Shown: positions 28,613 through 38,316 of the stretch, in pieces
Numbering within the stretch: position 1 is the stretch's first letter
How the letters are laid out: every line of letters starts with the position of its first letter
Assembly (NCBI GenBank): GCA_045810625.1
Contig: JBJMVQ010000040.1
Span: forward strand, 51,904-115,903
DNA from: Sulfurifustis sp.
GTDB lineage: Bacteria; Pseudomonadota; Gammaproteobacteria; Acidiferrobacterales; Sulfurifustaceae
DNA: 64,000 nt
Direction of reading: 5' to 3'
Made by a program: the position numbers and the translations under genes
Notes under the pieces: generated by a model
What the model was told of the DNA's origin: nothing
Databases searched by the model: none
Seen by the model: only the letters and a program-made list of their open reading frames with translations

Positions 28613-29049
28613 CACCGCAACCACTTGGTCACCGTGACGGTGGTGCCGCACCCGACCTTGGAGACGATGTCGAACTCGTCCATGATGCGCCGCACGCCGG
28701 GAAGTCCGAGCCCGAGACTCGCCGACGTGGAATAACCCTCGCGCACCGCGAGCTTCGTATCCGCGATCCCGGGACCGCGGTCGCGCGCGACGATGGTAAT
28801 GCCGCAGCGGCCGGCACCGTCCACCGGGCGCACCAGGATCTCGCCGGTCTTGGCATAGTGAACGATGTTGCGCGCGAGCTCCGAGATCGCCGTCGCGACG
28901 AGCGTCGCCTCGCTTGCCGAGAAACCGATCTGCTCCGCCAGCGCCCGCCCCTGGCGCCGCGCCTGCACGATGTCGATATCCGACGCGACGGTTACGTACA
29001 CGCCGGAGTTTGCCTCAGCCTCGACCTTGCCCATGAACCGTTTTTCCAT
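28612..29049 (-). CDS. RsbT-like GHKL serine kinase (stressosome kinase / anti-sigma-type kinase)
   Basis: ORF trimmed to ATG 29049 (MEKRFMGKVE...). N-box ELARNIVHYA, G-boxes DRGPGI and GLGLPGV. Confidence 0.75.
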   Translation of the reverse strand: MEKRFMGKVEAEANSGVYVTVASDIDIVQARRQGRALAEQIGFSASEATLVATAISELARNIVHYAKTGEILVRPVDGAGRCGITIVARDRGPGIADTKLAVREGYSTSASLGLGLPGVRRIMDEFDIVSKVGCGTTVTVTKWLR

Positions 29050-29386
29050 CCAGGTATTTGATGCCTTCCTCGAGATCGAGCGCCGTCGTGACTCGCTCCA
29101 ACGTGATGCCGAGCTGCACCATCGCAAACGCGACTTCCGGTTGAATCCCGACGATCACCGTTTCGGCGCCGCGCAGCCGGATCATGTGGGCCAAATCGCG
29201 CACGGTCCGCGACGCGAACGAATCGAGCACATCGAGCGCGGTCACGTCGACGATTACGCCGCGCGAACGGAATTTCCCCACCTGCTGGACCAGCGCGTCG
29301 CGCAGCTGCACCAGGTCCGCATCCGTCAGCGCCGACTGGATGGTCGCTATCAGGTAGTCCTGCTGCTTGAGAATAGGAACCGCCAT
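29015..29386 (-). CDS. RsbS-like single-domain STAS protein (stressosome scaffold/antagonist)
   Basis: 123 aa STAS domain with conserved phosphorylatable Ser in VLDSFASR. Confidence 0.8.
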   Translation of the reverse strand: MAVPILKQQDYLIATIQSALTDADLVQLRDALVQQVGKFRSRGVIVDVTALDVLDSFASRTVRDLAHMIRLRGAETVIVGIQPEVAFAMVQLGITLERVTTALDLEEGIKYLDGKTVHGQGRG

Positions 29387-29396
29387 CGATTAAGCC

Positions 29397-30317
29397 TCAT
29401 TGCGCGCGAATCGCGCTCACCGGCTTCGGCGGCGTGTTTTCGCCCATCGGCATCACTTTGTATCCGAGCAGCCGCTCCGCCTCTTCGATGCCCCCCTGCA
29501 GATCGCCGACCGTGTTCATCTTGCCGAGGTCGACGCCGATATTGACCAGCGTTTGCGCGATCTCGGGCGACAGCCCGGTGACGATCACGGTGGCGCCGAG
29601 CAGCCGCGACGCCTCGACCGTCTGCACCAAGTGGTTGGCGACGTTCGAGTCGAGCGCGGCGACGCCGGTGATGTCGATCACGACCACACGCGCGCGGTTC
29701 GCGCGTATGCCGCGCAGCAATTGCTCGGTGAGCTGGCGCGCGCGCTGCGGATCCATCACGCCGATGATCGGCAGAATCAGCAGGCGCTCGCGCACTTGCA
29801 GGACCGGCGTCGACAATTCGCGGATCGCCTCCTGCTGCTCGCGGATGATGCGCTCGCGCTCCTGCACGAAACCGACCGCGACGGTGTTGGCGATGCGGTT
29901 GGCCGCCGGCTCGTAGGCGTCGAGGATGCGGTTCAGCAGCTGGAAGTCGGCCTGATATTTTGCGAACAGCGAGCGCGCGAGCACGTCGCGCAGCAGCAGC
30001 ACGATGCCGACGACCTCGTCCGTTTGCACGCCGCGCGGGATGATGCGTTCGGACAGGTTACGCGCATACGCCTGCAGCGCTTCGAACGTACCGGTCTCGA
30101 GCGCTTCGACGTAGTTGTCGTACACCGATGTCGCTTCCGCGAAAATTTCCTCCTTGCTCATCGCCGTCAGTAACTTCGCTTCGGTGATGCGGCGCGCCCA
30201 CTCTTCGCGCAGCTCGGTGCGGTGTTGGCGCAGATGCGCGACGAGCTCGCGCAGCAACGCGGCGGTCGAACCGGTTGCCGCTTCGGGCGCGCGAGATTTC
30301 TCTGTAGCCATCTTCAT
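29397..30317 (-). CDS. RsbR-like stressosome sensor (N-terminal sensor domain + C-terminal STAS)
   Basis: 306 aa. C-terminal STAS with conserved Thr region (VVVIDITGVAALDSNVANHL). N-terminal about 150-aa helical sensor domain. Confidence 0.75.
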   Translation of the reverse strand: MKMATEKSRAPEAATGSTAALLRELVAHLRQHRTELREEWARRITEAKLLTAMSKEEIFAEATSVYDNYVEALETGTFEALQAYARNLSERIIPRGVQTDEVVGIVLLLRDVLARSLFAKYQADFQLLNRILDAYEPAANRIANTVAVGFVQERERIIREQQEAIRELSTPVLQVRERLLILPIIGVMDPQRARQLTEQLLRGIRANRARVVVIDITGVAALDSNVANHLVQTVEASRLLGATVIVTGLSPEIAQTLVNIGVDLGKMNTVGDLQGGIEEAERLLGYKVMPMGENTPPKPVSAIRAQ

Positions 30318-31128
30318 GACGGATTCCTCCTCTGTGCGGAAAACACGGACAACAAAATTCGCAGGCGACTTCGGCGAAGCGAAGCGCCCGGTCGATTCGG
30401 GAACACCAGAAATGCGCGCGGCCGTAACCTCCCAACCACCTTACGTGCCTTAGGTAGTTATTTTTATGTCATCGGTTATTTCATTTGCATTTTATGGCTT
30501 TCGCCGCGAATAACAATGAGTGAGTTATGAGTACTGAATTGGACGCGTCGTGCTTCGTTAACGAATGCGTGCGGCAAACGCGCATCGATTGCGCTTTACC
30601 ACGATGTCACCATGGAAATTGCGCTTTGCGAAAACAGCAGCAGAGAAATGTGCGCGCAATCACCGGACGCCGCGCAATCAAAACCGTTCGTCGCAGCGAG
30701 ATCAATGATCGAGTCACGCCGGTGACTCCGACTTTCGAACAGGAGCAACGGAAAGGCTGTGAGACGTCCCGCGAATTCCCACCGGAGTATCAGGGCTAAA
30801 TACCTTAGCAGGCTCCGAGCAGTACTGAGCAAGAAAATTTTTGCGGAAGCGAACATGCGCGCTTTCGGTGAAACCTTCGCGCGACCGCCTTCGATTATCT
30901 GCACTCACCGAATGGATAGGTCGAACGGATCATCTTTACTACGTTGGTTGAATGATGGTTTGATATCGCGCCGCGTTTTTGGTTGGGTAGCTCGCACAAA
31001 ACCCTCCCGATAACTTTGGACGTAATTTCCCGCGCGTCTAAATTGTGTCTATCGCTTCTGTAGAACACGGCTACTTTGTTTTTCGCCCCGCCGAAACGAG
31101 CGGTAAAGGGGAGTTTAAAGGGAGTTCA

Positions 31129-31404
31129 ATGATGGCGGTTCTGCTGGTCCTTTACGAAACAAAAGACGACGAGAATAGAAAGAAGATGATGCATGCCTTG
31201 AAGGCGCGACATCCGAATTCAATAGAACTGACGAAAACCGCCTGCGCAGTTCACACGCGGTTGTTGCCGGTTCGGATATTCGATCAGTTGAAAGAGTATC
31301 TGAGGAGCGATGATCGGCTTTACGTGATTCCCCTCTCGCAGCCCTACGTGGGATATGGACCGCGCGAGACGACGCAGTGGCTAAGCGACTACTTGGCGGC
31401 ATGA
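31129..31404 (+). CDS. Small hypothetical protein (91 aa)
   Basis: In-frame part of ORF 31045..31404. Strong SD aaagggag 6 nt upstream of ATGATG at 31129. No recognisable family. Confidence 0.4.
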   Translation: MMAVLLVLYETKDDENRKKMMHALKARHPNSIELTKTACAVHTRLLPVRIFDQLKEYLRSDDRLYVIPLSQPYVGYGPRETTQWLSDYLAA

Positions 31405-31586
31405 CGCGCCCGCCCGTTTATTGACGGGCGTCTATCCTCCATCGCCCGCTGCTGCACGATCGCCGTCGCGGATCGCCGCAGGTCACGCAACGAAGCGGTA
31501 GCACTCTGTTCGCGTGCTACCGCCGCTTCGTTTCACCCCCGGCCCGCACGTCCGTGTGCGGGCGACGGAGCAGGGATCGCTGCGCG

Positions 31587-32153
31587 TCAGATGTCGCAAA
31601 CCGACGGAGTGGCCGGAGCCGTGTTGGAGTTGTTTCCCTTGTGCAGCTGAATATTGCCGCCGCCGGGCTGAGAGCCGCCCAGCGTGTGGTCCGGGTCGTT
31701 TTCCGTGGTGTAGACGAAGACGCCGTTCTTGCCCAGGCGGATGATGAAAATATCATCCACGCCGGGTTCGCCGTTGTCCGTCACGCGGACATGAAACAGG
31801 ACGTCGCCGAAGAGGTCGGTCTGGGCGTGGCCGCAGATATCCCGCGTGCGTTCATCGATCAGAATGTAGCCGGTTATATCCTGCTGCTGCGCCTGCACGT
31901 GCAGGCCGTTGCCATGGTCGATGTAGTTCAGATGGCCCCAGAACGCGCCGTTCTTGACGCCGCCGCCCACGCCGAAGTTCCCCTTATCGCCCGTCGGACG
32001 CACAATGAATCCGCCGCCCGTTATGAAATCGAGCGGGGTCGGCGGTCCCTCGCCCGGGTGGGCGCGTGCCGAGCCTGCGGGAAACATCCACGCGGTCGCC
32101 CCAAGGATCAGGCCCGCCAGGATTGCGGAAATTGTCATCGCTCGAACTTGCAT
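31587..32153 (-). CDS. Secreted hypothetical protein (signal peptide, Gly-rich)
   Basis: 188 aa. N-terminal signal MTISAILAGLILGATAWMFPAGSARA. No recognised domain. Confidence 0.5.
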   Translation of the reverse strand: MQVRAMTISAILAGLILGATAWMFPAGSARAHPGEGPPTPLDFITGGGFIVRPTGDKGNFGVGGGVKNGAFWGHLNYIDHGNGLHVQAQQQDITGYILIDERTRDICGHAQTDLFGDVLFHVRVTDNGEPGVDDIFIIRLGKNGVFVYTTENDPDHTLGGSQPGGGNIQLHKGNNSNTAPATPSVCDI

Positions 32154-32222
32154 TGTTCTTCTCCTACAGAAAGTTTCGTGTAAACCGCTTCATGCGCCGC
32201 TCTTCTTCCCGCTTCGGAAGAC

Positions 32223-32879
32223 TTAGAGCAACGGCAGTTTCAGAATCGGGAGAGTCGACGAGGTCGACGGTGTGATCCCGGCCGCCGCACCGGCGACCAC
32301 GACATCCGCCACGCCGGTGATGACGACATGCAAAGCGTTGACCACCATGCCGCTCGTGGACGGCACCTGCTCGTTGATCACGACCTTGGCGCCGATCAAG
32401 TTGAGCGCCTGGTTCGGCGCCCCGGTCACGACGACCGGCGAGCCGTTGATCGTCAGCCCGGCGATGCTCGAGGCGCCGCTCGGCGCGCCGCTCACGGGCG
32501 CGAGCGCCCGCGCCATCGCAAATTCGGCGCCGATGGAGATCCCCGGAAGGCTCAGGCCCACGTTCGCCGCCGACGCTTCGGACGCGACCGCATCCACCGA
32601 GCTGATGGTCGTCGCGTGCAAGACTTCCGCCGCGCCCGTGAGCGGGATATTCCCCGTCAATGACGACGCTTCGCGCGCGTCGCCCGCACCGCTGAGCGTC
32701 CCGGTGTCGGCGAGCGCGGTGGTTGTCCCGAGAACGGTAGCCTGGACCGCGCGCGCCTGGCCGCTGACATCGGCGATTCCGAGGGCAGGCCATAGAGTCA
32801 GGCCGGCCAGCAAGGTGGCCGCTTTGACTGCATTGCAGCGATGAAACATTGAGTAGTACTGCATCGTTAACCTCCGCAT
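32223..32879 (-). CDS. Secreted hypothetical protein (signal peptide, Ala/Gly/Thr/Ser-rich)
   Basis: 218 aa. Signal KAATLLAGLTLWPALGIA. Low-complexity repeats. Lies in tandem with the 31587 gene. Confidence 0.5.
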   Translation of the reverse strand: MRRLTMQYYSMFHRCNAVKAATLLAGLTLWPALGIADVSGQARAVQATVLGTTTALADTGTLSGAGDAREASSLTGNIPLTGAAEVLHATTISSVDAVASEASAANVGLSLPGISIGAEFAMARALAPVSGAPSGASSIAGLTINGSPVVVTGAPNQALNLIGAKVVINEQVPSTSGMVVNALHVVITGVADVVVAGAAAGITPSTSSTLPILKLPLL

Positions 32880-33698
32880 ACCAGTTGAAGTGGATGTGTG
32901 TGCTATCTCGGTGAACCTTCTCGTAGTCCGGACGGAATTCCGATCGTGGCGCTATGCATCCGCGCTAAATTGTTCTGCGGACAGCACACAGGCAGGACGT
33001 TGACCAAAAACTGATTCCGCCGGCGAACGGACGTTAAGCATCTGCGCGAATCTCCCCTTTCGTATTGGCCTTTTTCAACTCGCTCGCCGCGGCACTACCT
33101 GCGGGTCGCGGTGAAAATCAAACAGCAATCGTTTGATTCTTCGGCACAGTCCTCCGGCAGGTGCTTCTTAATCTGCACGGACGTCAACGTCAGGCAAACC
33201 GCATCGCACGCACCGCTGCTGGTTCGATCGCTACTTCTCGCTCGTTTTCGCCAGCGGTGCAGCTTTCGATCCGGCGCGTCCGATGCTCTCCCGCCCGCTG
33301 TCGAGGGCACAAGCCGGCAAGCGCCTGCAATTACCGGAGCCGATACTTCAAGTGAGCGCAGGCAAACACTGCAGGCTAGGCAGCGCCTCGATGCCAGTTG
33401 ATCGATTCGCATAGGACGAGGAAACAACCTGCGGGGTATCCGCGCGTGCAGTGCTGCGAACTTCGCGCGAGTGCCGGCTGCGCGCCGGCCACGCCGCGTC
33501 ACCGCGCGTCAATTGTTGATTCGGCAGCGGCGGACAGTCGAGCCGGGTAGGCACCCAAATTGACACGCTAGGCTTTCCGGTCGAACCGTCGCCGCAGCTC
33601 GCGCCTCGATCGTCGCTAGAACGCGACGCAATGATCACGCGTCCCGAAAGACGTTAGTAACGACGACGCATCAAACGAGGGTCAGTCGCCGAGAAGCG

Positions 33699-34721
33699 CT
33701 ACGGCTTGCCGAGTTTGACGAGGAGGGCGTCGACACATTGCGGGTCAAAGTGCTTGCCCTTCTGCTCTTGCAGATACTCGTGCACTTGCGCCATCGGCCA
33801 CGGCTCGCGGTGCGGCCGGGGGCTGCTGAGTGCGTCGTAAACGTCGGCGACCGCCACGATGCGCGCGGGTAACGGGATATCCTCGCCGCCGACGCCCCGC
33901 GGATAGCCGCTGCCGTCGTAGCGCTCGTGATGGAAGAGCGCGATGTCGGCGGCGCATTGCAGGTGCGCGGCCTGCTGATCCTTGAGGAGGCGGTAGCCGA
34001 TCAGGGTGTGCGTCTGCATGTCTTTGCGCTCCCCGTCGGTCAGGGGCCCGGGTTTTCTGAGTATGGAATCGGCGACGCCGATGTTGCCGATATCGTGCAA
34101 CGGCGCGGCTGTTTCGATGAGGCCGCGCTGCGCCGGGGGCAATTCGAGCGCCTCGGCAATGGCGCGGCTGAACAGGCGCAGGCGCTGGCCACGCGCCCGC
34201 GCCGCTTTCTCGCGGAAATCGCCCACGTTCGCGACCGGGCGCAGCCGCTCTTGATCGCGCGCGCGGATGTCCGCGCGCGGCTCTCCTAGAGCCTCGAGCC
34301 GGTGGCTGTAGTCGCGCAGTCGCTGCCGCTGCATGCCGAGCTCCGCCAAATTAAGAATGCGCGCCTGGCACTCATACGGGTCCAGCGGCGCCGTTATCAG
34401 GTCCGTCGCGCCTCCTACTATCAGTATGCCGCGAGACGCACGGCGATATTCATCGACCACGGCAAGTATCGGGATGTCATCACAGGTGCGGTCGCGACGA
34501 ATCTGGCCCATGAAGTCGATCGCATCGAACCCGATCGTGCGAACATCGATTATCAGCAGATGCGGCCGGTGCAAGCTCGCCCACCCATGCGCCGCCGTGA
34601 GATTGATGATGGAGTGCACGAGCGGCGCGTCGCCTTCCATGCTGGCGACCTCCCGAAGCAGCCGTACCTCTTCCTCCCCGCAACCGACATTTAAGATCCA
34701 AAGAGACATTCCGCGGCCCAC
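33699..34721 (-). CDS. HD-GYP domain protein (c-di-GMP phosphodiesterase family) with degenerate N-terminal receiver-like domain
   Basis: 340 aa. HD (PLHDIGNIGV) and HHERYDGSGYP motifs. The N-terminal about 130 aa are REC-like (LLIIDV) but lack the canonical acidic pocket. Confidence 0.85.
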   Translation of the reverse strand: MGRGMSLWILNVGCGEEEVRLLREVASMEGDAPLVHSIINLTAAHGWASLHRPHLLIIDVRTIGFDAIDFMGQIRRDRTCDDIPILAVVDEYRRASRGILIVGGATDLITAPLDPYECQARILNLAELGMQRQRLRDYSHRLEALGEPRADIRARDQERLRPVANVGDFREKAARARGQRLRLFSRAIAEALELPPAQRGLIETAAPLHDIGNIGVADSILRKPGPLTDGERKDMQTHTLIGYRLLKDQQAAHLQCAADIALFHHERYDGSGYPRGVGGEDIPLPARIVAVADVYDALSSPRPHREPWPMAQVHEYLQEQKGKHFDPQCVDALLVKLGKP

Positions 34722-34959
34722 CGACCGTAAAACTGACGACTGTGCGCAAATAGGTTCGCCCGGGGAGTATCACGATGGGAGGTGAGGAAAGGTTCCATGA
34801 CCTCGCGCAGGGAGTGGGCATCCGCGGCGCGGCTGATCGTCAAGACGCTCTACAGCCACCTTGGCTTGATGCATACCGGGAGCCAGTCGCGGATCAGTCA
34901 CGGCGATTTGTGCGATGACCAACAGGCAAACACCACGCTGACATCCCCGGCGCCCGAAT

Positions 34960-35003
34960 GGTGGGCCGTGTAGGAATCGAACCTACGACCAACTGGTTAA
35001 AAG
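34960..35003 (-). repeat. Direct repeat copy 1 (tRNA-Lys(UUU) 3'-half-like, candidate att site)
   Basis: ggtgggccgtgtaggaatcgaacctacgaccaactggttaaaag. Its reverse complement reads as a tRNA anticodon-arm, T-arm and acceptor end with CCA (CTTTTAA loop, GGTTCGATTCC, ACGGCCCACCA). 43/44 identical to copy 2. Confidence 0.85.
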
Positions 35004-35157
35004 CCGGTGTATAGGTAATCCGGGATTTCTAACTCAACAACTTACGGAACGCCCGTTGCACAAAGTAGCACCGTAAAGCACCAAAGAGCACGAGCGAGTG
35101 GGCCCAAAACTGGGCCCAAACTTTTTCGACCACTCTAAGGTCGTCGGCGATATACGA

Positions 35158-37038
35158 CTATTTATAAAGCACCTGCTCGCCTAGATTGTCGATGACTTTA
35201 TCGCCGAACTTTTTGTATTCGACGAAAACTTGCGGCGCACAAACGTTGCCTTTGGTCCTGTCGTCGATCGTGCGCTGCACCGTGAGAACGTTGCCCTTCA
35301 GCTTGTACGTTCCGCTGTAGGACAAGAAATCGTTTGCCACTTTCAGGTTCTGAGGAATTGAAAGCACTTTCATCTTTTTAGGTAGCTCGATTACGTACTC
35401 TTCCGTCGCAGCCCCGCTCGTGCAAACCACGTCGGCCTCTTTTTCCGGCTCCATCGAATACGTGAAAAACGCGTGAATCGATCGCGCGATATCCATTGGC
35501 GGATCGATGTTAAAAGCGCCCGAACCCGGAAACTTAATATACTTCTCGGCGGTAAAGCTGACTTTGTAGTGATAATCGCCATCGAGCGCCGTCGGATCGT
35601 CTTTTACCAGCGTGCCGCTCCCGATCTTTCCCTGCCCCCGGAAAATATCCTTGACGAGATCGGTTTCCCGCTCCTTTGTAAGCTTGCGAGCCCACGCCCG
35701 CATCTGCGCACCCAGTTCGCCTTTCTGCGTCACCTCGATGGTTCCGGAAACCGAGCCGTCCGGGGCAATCTTTAGAACACTCTTCGTCTTTTGCTGGTTG
35801 CTGCCAATCGGAGGCACGGGCGTCTTGGTTCCGTCCTTAAAGCCCTCCACCCAGAGCACCGGTTTGTCCTGTACAGCCAACGGCAGCATGCCGAACGGCG
35901 TGTAATTCGAGGTCGAGTCGGCGTATAGATTCAACGATGGGATGTAGTTGATGACATGATTGACCGTCGAAGCGACGGGTATTTTCGGCAGGCGATAGAT
36001 GGGACCGGCGTTGACGAGCGCTTGCGTGCTCGGAATGCCGCGCGCCGCGAGAAGCGCCTGCAGAAGCGTCGCGTGGTCCTTGCAATCACCCATGCGGTTA
36101 TCGAGCACGACATCCAGGTCGCGCGGCACGACGGCGCCAATCCCAATGCAGTTCCCCGCATACGTAATATTCGTCGCAACCCAATCGTAGAGTGCGCGCG
36201 CCTGGTCCCTCGGCGCGGTCTTATCCTTCACGATTTCGCCCGCGAGCTTTCGGATCCGCTCGGTAATGGCCGCTTTGGGCAGCGCGCGGGCGCCGTAAGC
36301 GCTCGCGATCTCGCCGTAAGTCCGGAACGTCGAAAACGAAAAGCCGGTGGTCGTATCGGAATCGAAAACCGAGTAGTCTCGACGCTCATCCTTGACCGGA
36401 TTCGGGTTGGAATAGCTCCACTCGATCACCTTCCGGCCATCCTTTCCCTCGCTCTCTTTTTGCGACATGCCGCGAGCGTCGTACTGGACCCAAAGCGTTG
36501 CCGGATATTCGATGCGCACGCGGATATCGTCAAAGGCCATTTGCTTGAAGAAAGTCTGCGCGGTGGAGAAATGACCGGGAAACAGCGGTTCAGTTTGAAT
36601 CAGGCGGTAGGACACTACGACACTGTCACCCACCGCGACATCCGGAAAGACGACCGTCGCGGTGGATATATCGGAGTAAACCGGGGAGTCTTTCCCTTTG
36701 CCGCGATTTATCTCGACCTGATAGTTGTCTTTCGGCACATCGATGCGGCGACCATCTGCCTTCTTCGTGTACGCCTCGACGAACTCCAGCTTCTGCGCGC
36801 TGGTGCTGTAACTGATCGACGCCCGCTTTGAGTATTCCAACGCGGCTTCCTTGAGCACCGTCATCGACCATTCACGCGACTCCGCAGCCGTACCGTCTTT
36901 GTTCACTACGATCGTGGTGTAATAGCGGCCGTACTTTACTTGAGGATCAAGCGGCTCGGCGGCACTCGCATGACCAATGATCGAGAATACGGAAAGAACG
37001 AACGCGATTAGCAATTGAGTCTTCATTACGTTATCCAT
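35158..37038 (-). CDS. Secreted DUF3857-like / transglutaminase-like domain protein
   Basis: 626 aa, Lys-rich with lower GC than its surroundings. Signal peptide MKTQLLIAFVLSVFSIIGHASA. Transglutaminase-like core (GDCKDHATLLQALLAARGIP). Confidence 0.65.
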   Translation of the reverse strand: MDNVMKTQLLIAFVLSVFSIIGHASAAEPLDPQVKYGRYYTTIVVNKDGTAAESREWSMTVLKEAALEYSKRASISYSTSAQKLEFVEAYTKKADGRRIDVPKDNYQVEINRGKGKDSPVYSDISTATVVFPDVAVGDSVVVSYRLIQTEPLFPGHFSTAQTFFKQMAFDDIRVRIEYPATLWVQYDARGMSQKESEGKDGRKVIEWSYSNPNPVKDERRDYSVFDSDTTTGFSFSTFRTYGEIASAYGARALPKAAITERIRKLAGEIVKDKTAPRDQARALYDWVATNITYAGNCIGIGAVVPRDLDVVLDNRMGDCKDHATLLQALLAARGIPSTQALVNAGPIYRLPKIPVASTVNHVINYIPSLNLYADSTSNYTPFGMLPLAVQDKPVLWVEGFKDGTKTPVPPIGSNQQKTKSVLKIAPDGSVSGTIEVTQKGELGAQMRAWARKLTKERETDLVKDIFRGQGKIGSGTLVKDDPTALDGDYHYKVSFTAEKYIKFPGSGAFNIDPPMDIARSIHAFFTYSMEPEKEADVVCTSGAATEEYVIELPKKMKVLSIPQNLKVANDFLSYSGTYKLKGNVLTVQRTIDDRTKGNVCAPQVFVEYKKFGDKVIDNLGEQVLYK

Positions 37039-37738
37039 TTTTGGCTGAGCGCGAGAGATGGATTATTTCTTATCGAACCGCTGACACTGCTGATGGTTGA
37101 GTATAGACGTGCGCAGAAGCTTGCTAGATTTCGATCTTCATGCGCGGTTATGCATGCCTCGTCTGCATGTCGTGCGATACCGCTACGATCCTGACGGATC
37201 CGAAACGGTGTCAGTCCCATGTCGGGGCGGTCCGCTTTTAGTTAGCGACAACATTGGATCTTTTGGTTGTATCTGGGGCCGGACGACCACCCGATCGAGC
37301 GCTTCAACAACTCAAATGAATACGGCTCAACCGCCGGGGAAGTTCGTTTATTTAACAGTCTTAGTAACGGTTACGCACCGGCGCAGATAGCACCTGATTT
37401 GTCGCCCGCCGATATCAACGAAAAAATCTTGCAAAGCAAATTTTTTCGAGTAGACTTCCGCGCTTCTTAGAGGAAGGCATTTTTCGACCTGAAACGAGCA
37501 GCAAAGATGAGACGCAGATCGCAACAACATACGTTCTTATCGTTCGCGCGCACATCCGCCGCGGCTGCTCTGTTTGCGCGCCTAGAAAATCGCAAGCCCG
37601 AACTCGGCCTGTCCGGGACGCGGGTTATTAGCGGTTATTCGATGCTCGCGCAGGACGATACGACGACGTAGGCCCTCTCGATTCTTGGAGGGGCCTGCGC
37701 AGCCAGGTGCCCTCCAAAGGTTCTAGCTCCATCCAGAA

Positions 37739-37779
37739 ACCCCGGTCGGCATCCGCTAACCGGGGTTTTTCTTTTGACC
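37739..37779 (+). terminator. Rho-independent terminator-like hairpin
   Basis: ccccggt-cggcatccgcta-accgggg followed by tttttctttt. Confidence 0.5.
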
Positions 37780-37989
37780 CCGTTTGATTTTTGCCCTTTG
37801 CGCCGGCGACGCGCTGCGTCGGCGAGAGCGTGCGCTCGTGGGTGTTTTTTGCGCGATGTTCTTTAACAACTTGAAGCCTTAACCCGCTGTCTTTGCAGCG
37901 GGCGGGTGAGATACGCGTGCGGCGAAAGCCGCCGGCGTATCGCGCTGCGCGAATTTTTTGCAGCGTCCGTCGGGGCGGTCACCCAGTAT

Positions 37990-38063
37990 GCGGACATAGC
38001 TCAATGGCAGAGCGCGACCTTGCCAAGGTCGAGACATGGGATCGATACCCATCGTCCGCTCCA
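37990..38063 (+). tRNA. tRNA-Gly(GCC)
   Basis: Manual cloverleaf fit. Anticodon loop TTGCCAA, T-arm ATGGG-ATCGATA-CCCAT, CCA encoded. Confidence 0.8.
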
Positions 38064-38097
38064 TTTTGCGTGATTTCGAACGACAGCGAGATCATTT

Positions 38098-38184
38098 GGA
38101 GAGATGCGCGAATTGGTAAGCGGCCTGACTGTAACTCAGGAGCAGGCGTAGGCCTTGGAGGTTCGAGTCCTCCTCTCTCCACCA
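38098..38184 (+). tRNA. tRNA-Tyr(GTA), class II
   Basis: Acceptor GGAGAGA/TCTCTCC. Anticodon arm CCTGA-CTGTAAC-TCAGG. Long variable arm. T-arm GGAGG-TTCGAGT-CCTCC. CCA. Confidence 0.85.
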
Positions 38185-38316
38185 GTTTTTCAGCGCGCGC
38201 TGGTTGCTGCGGCGTGGACGGTGACACGCGAGAGTTGATCCCGAGCGGGCCCTCTCAGGAACGTTTTGGCCAAACGAGTTGGTTCAATTCCAACCAGCAA
38301 CGGGCGCGGCGCGAAT

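Noticed and set aside
38190-38316. Possible extra tRNAs or pseudo-tRNAs (T-arm-like ggttcaattccaacc at about 38280; ccggttcaagcgccgg at about 38720; Tyr-like anticodon arm + T-arm fragment at 38860-38912; palindrome gtcagcacgtgctgac at about 41075)
   Set aside because: No complete cloverleaf could be built by hand. They are mentioned in the findings as remnants but not annotated individually.
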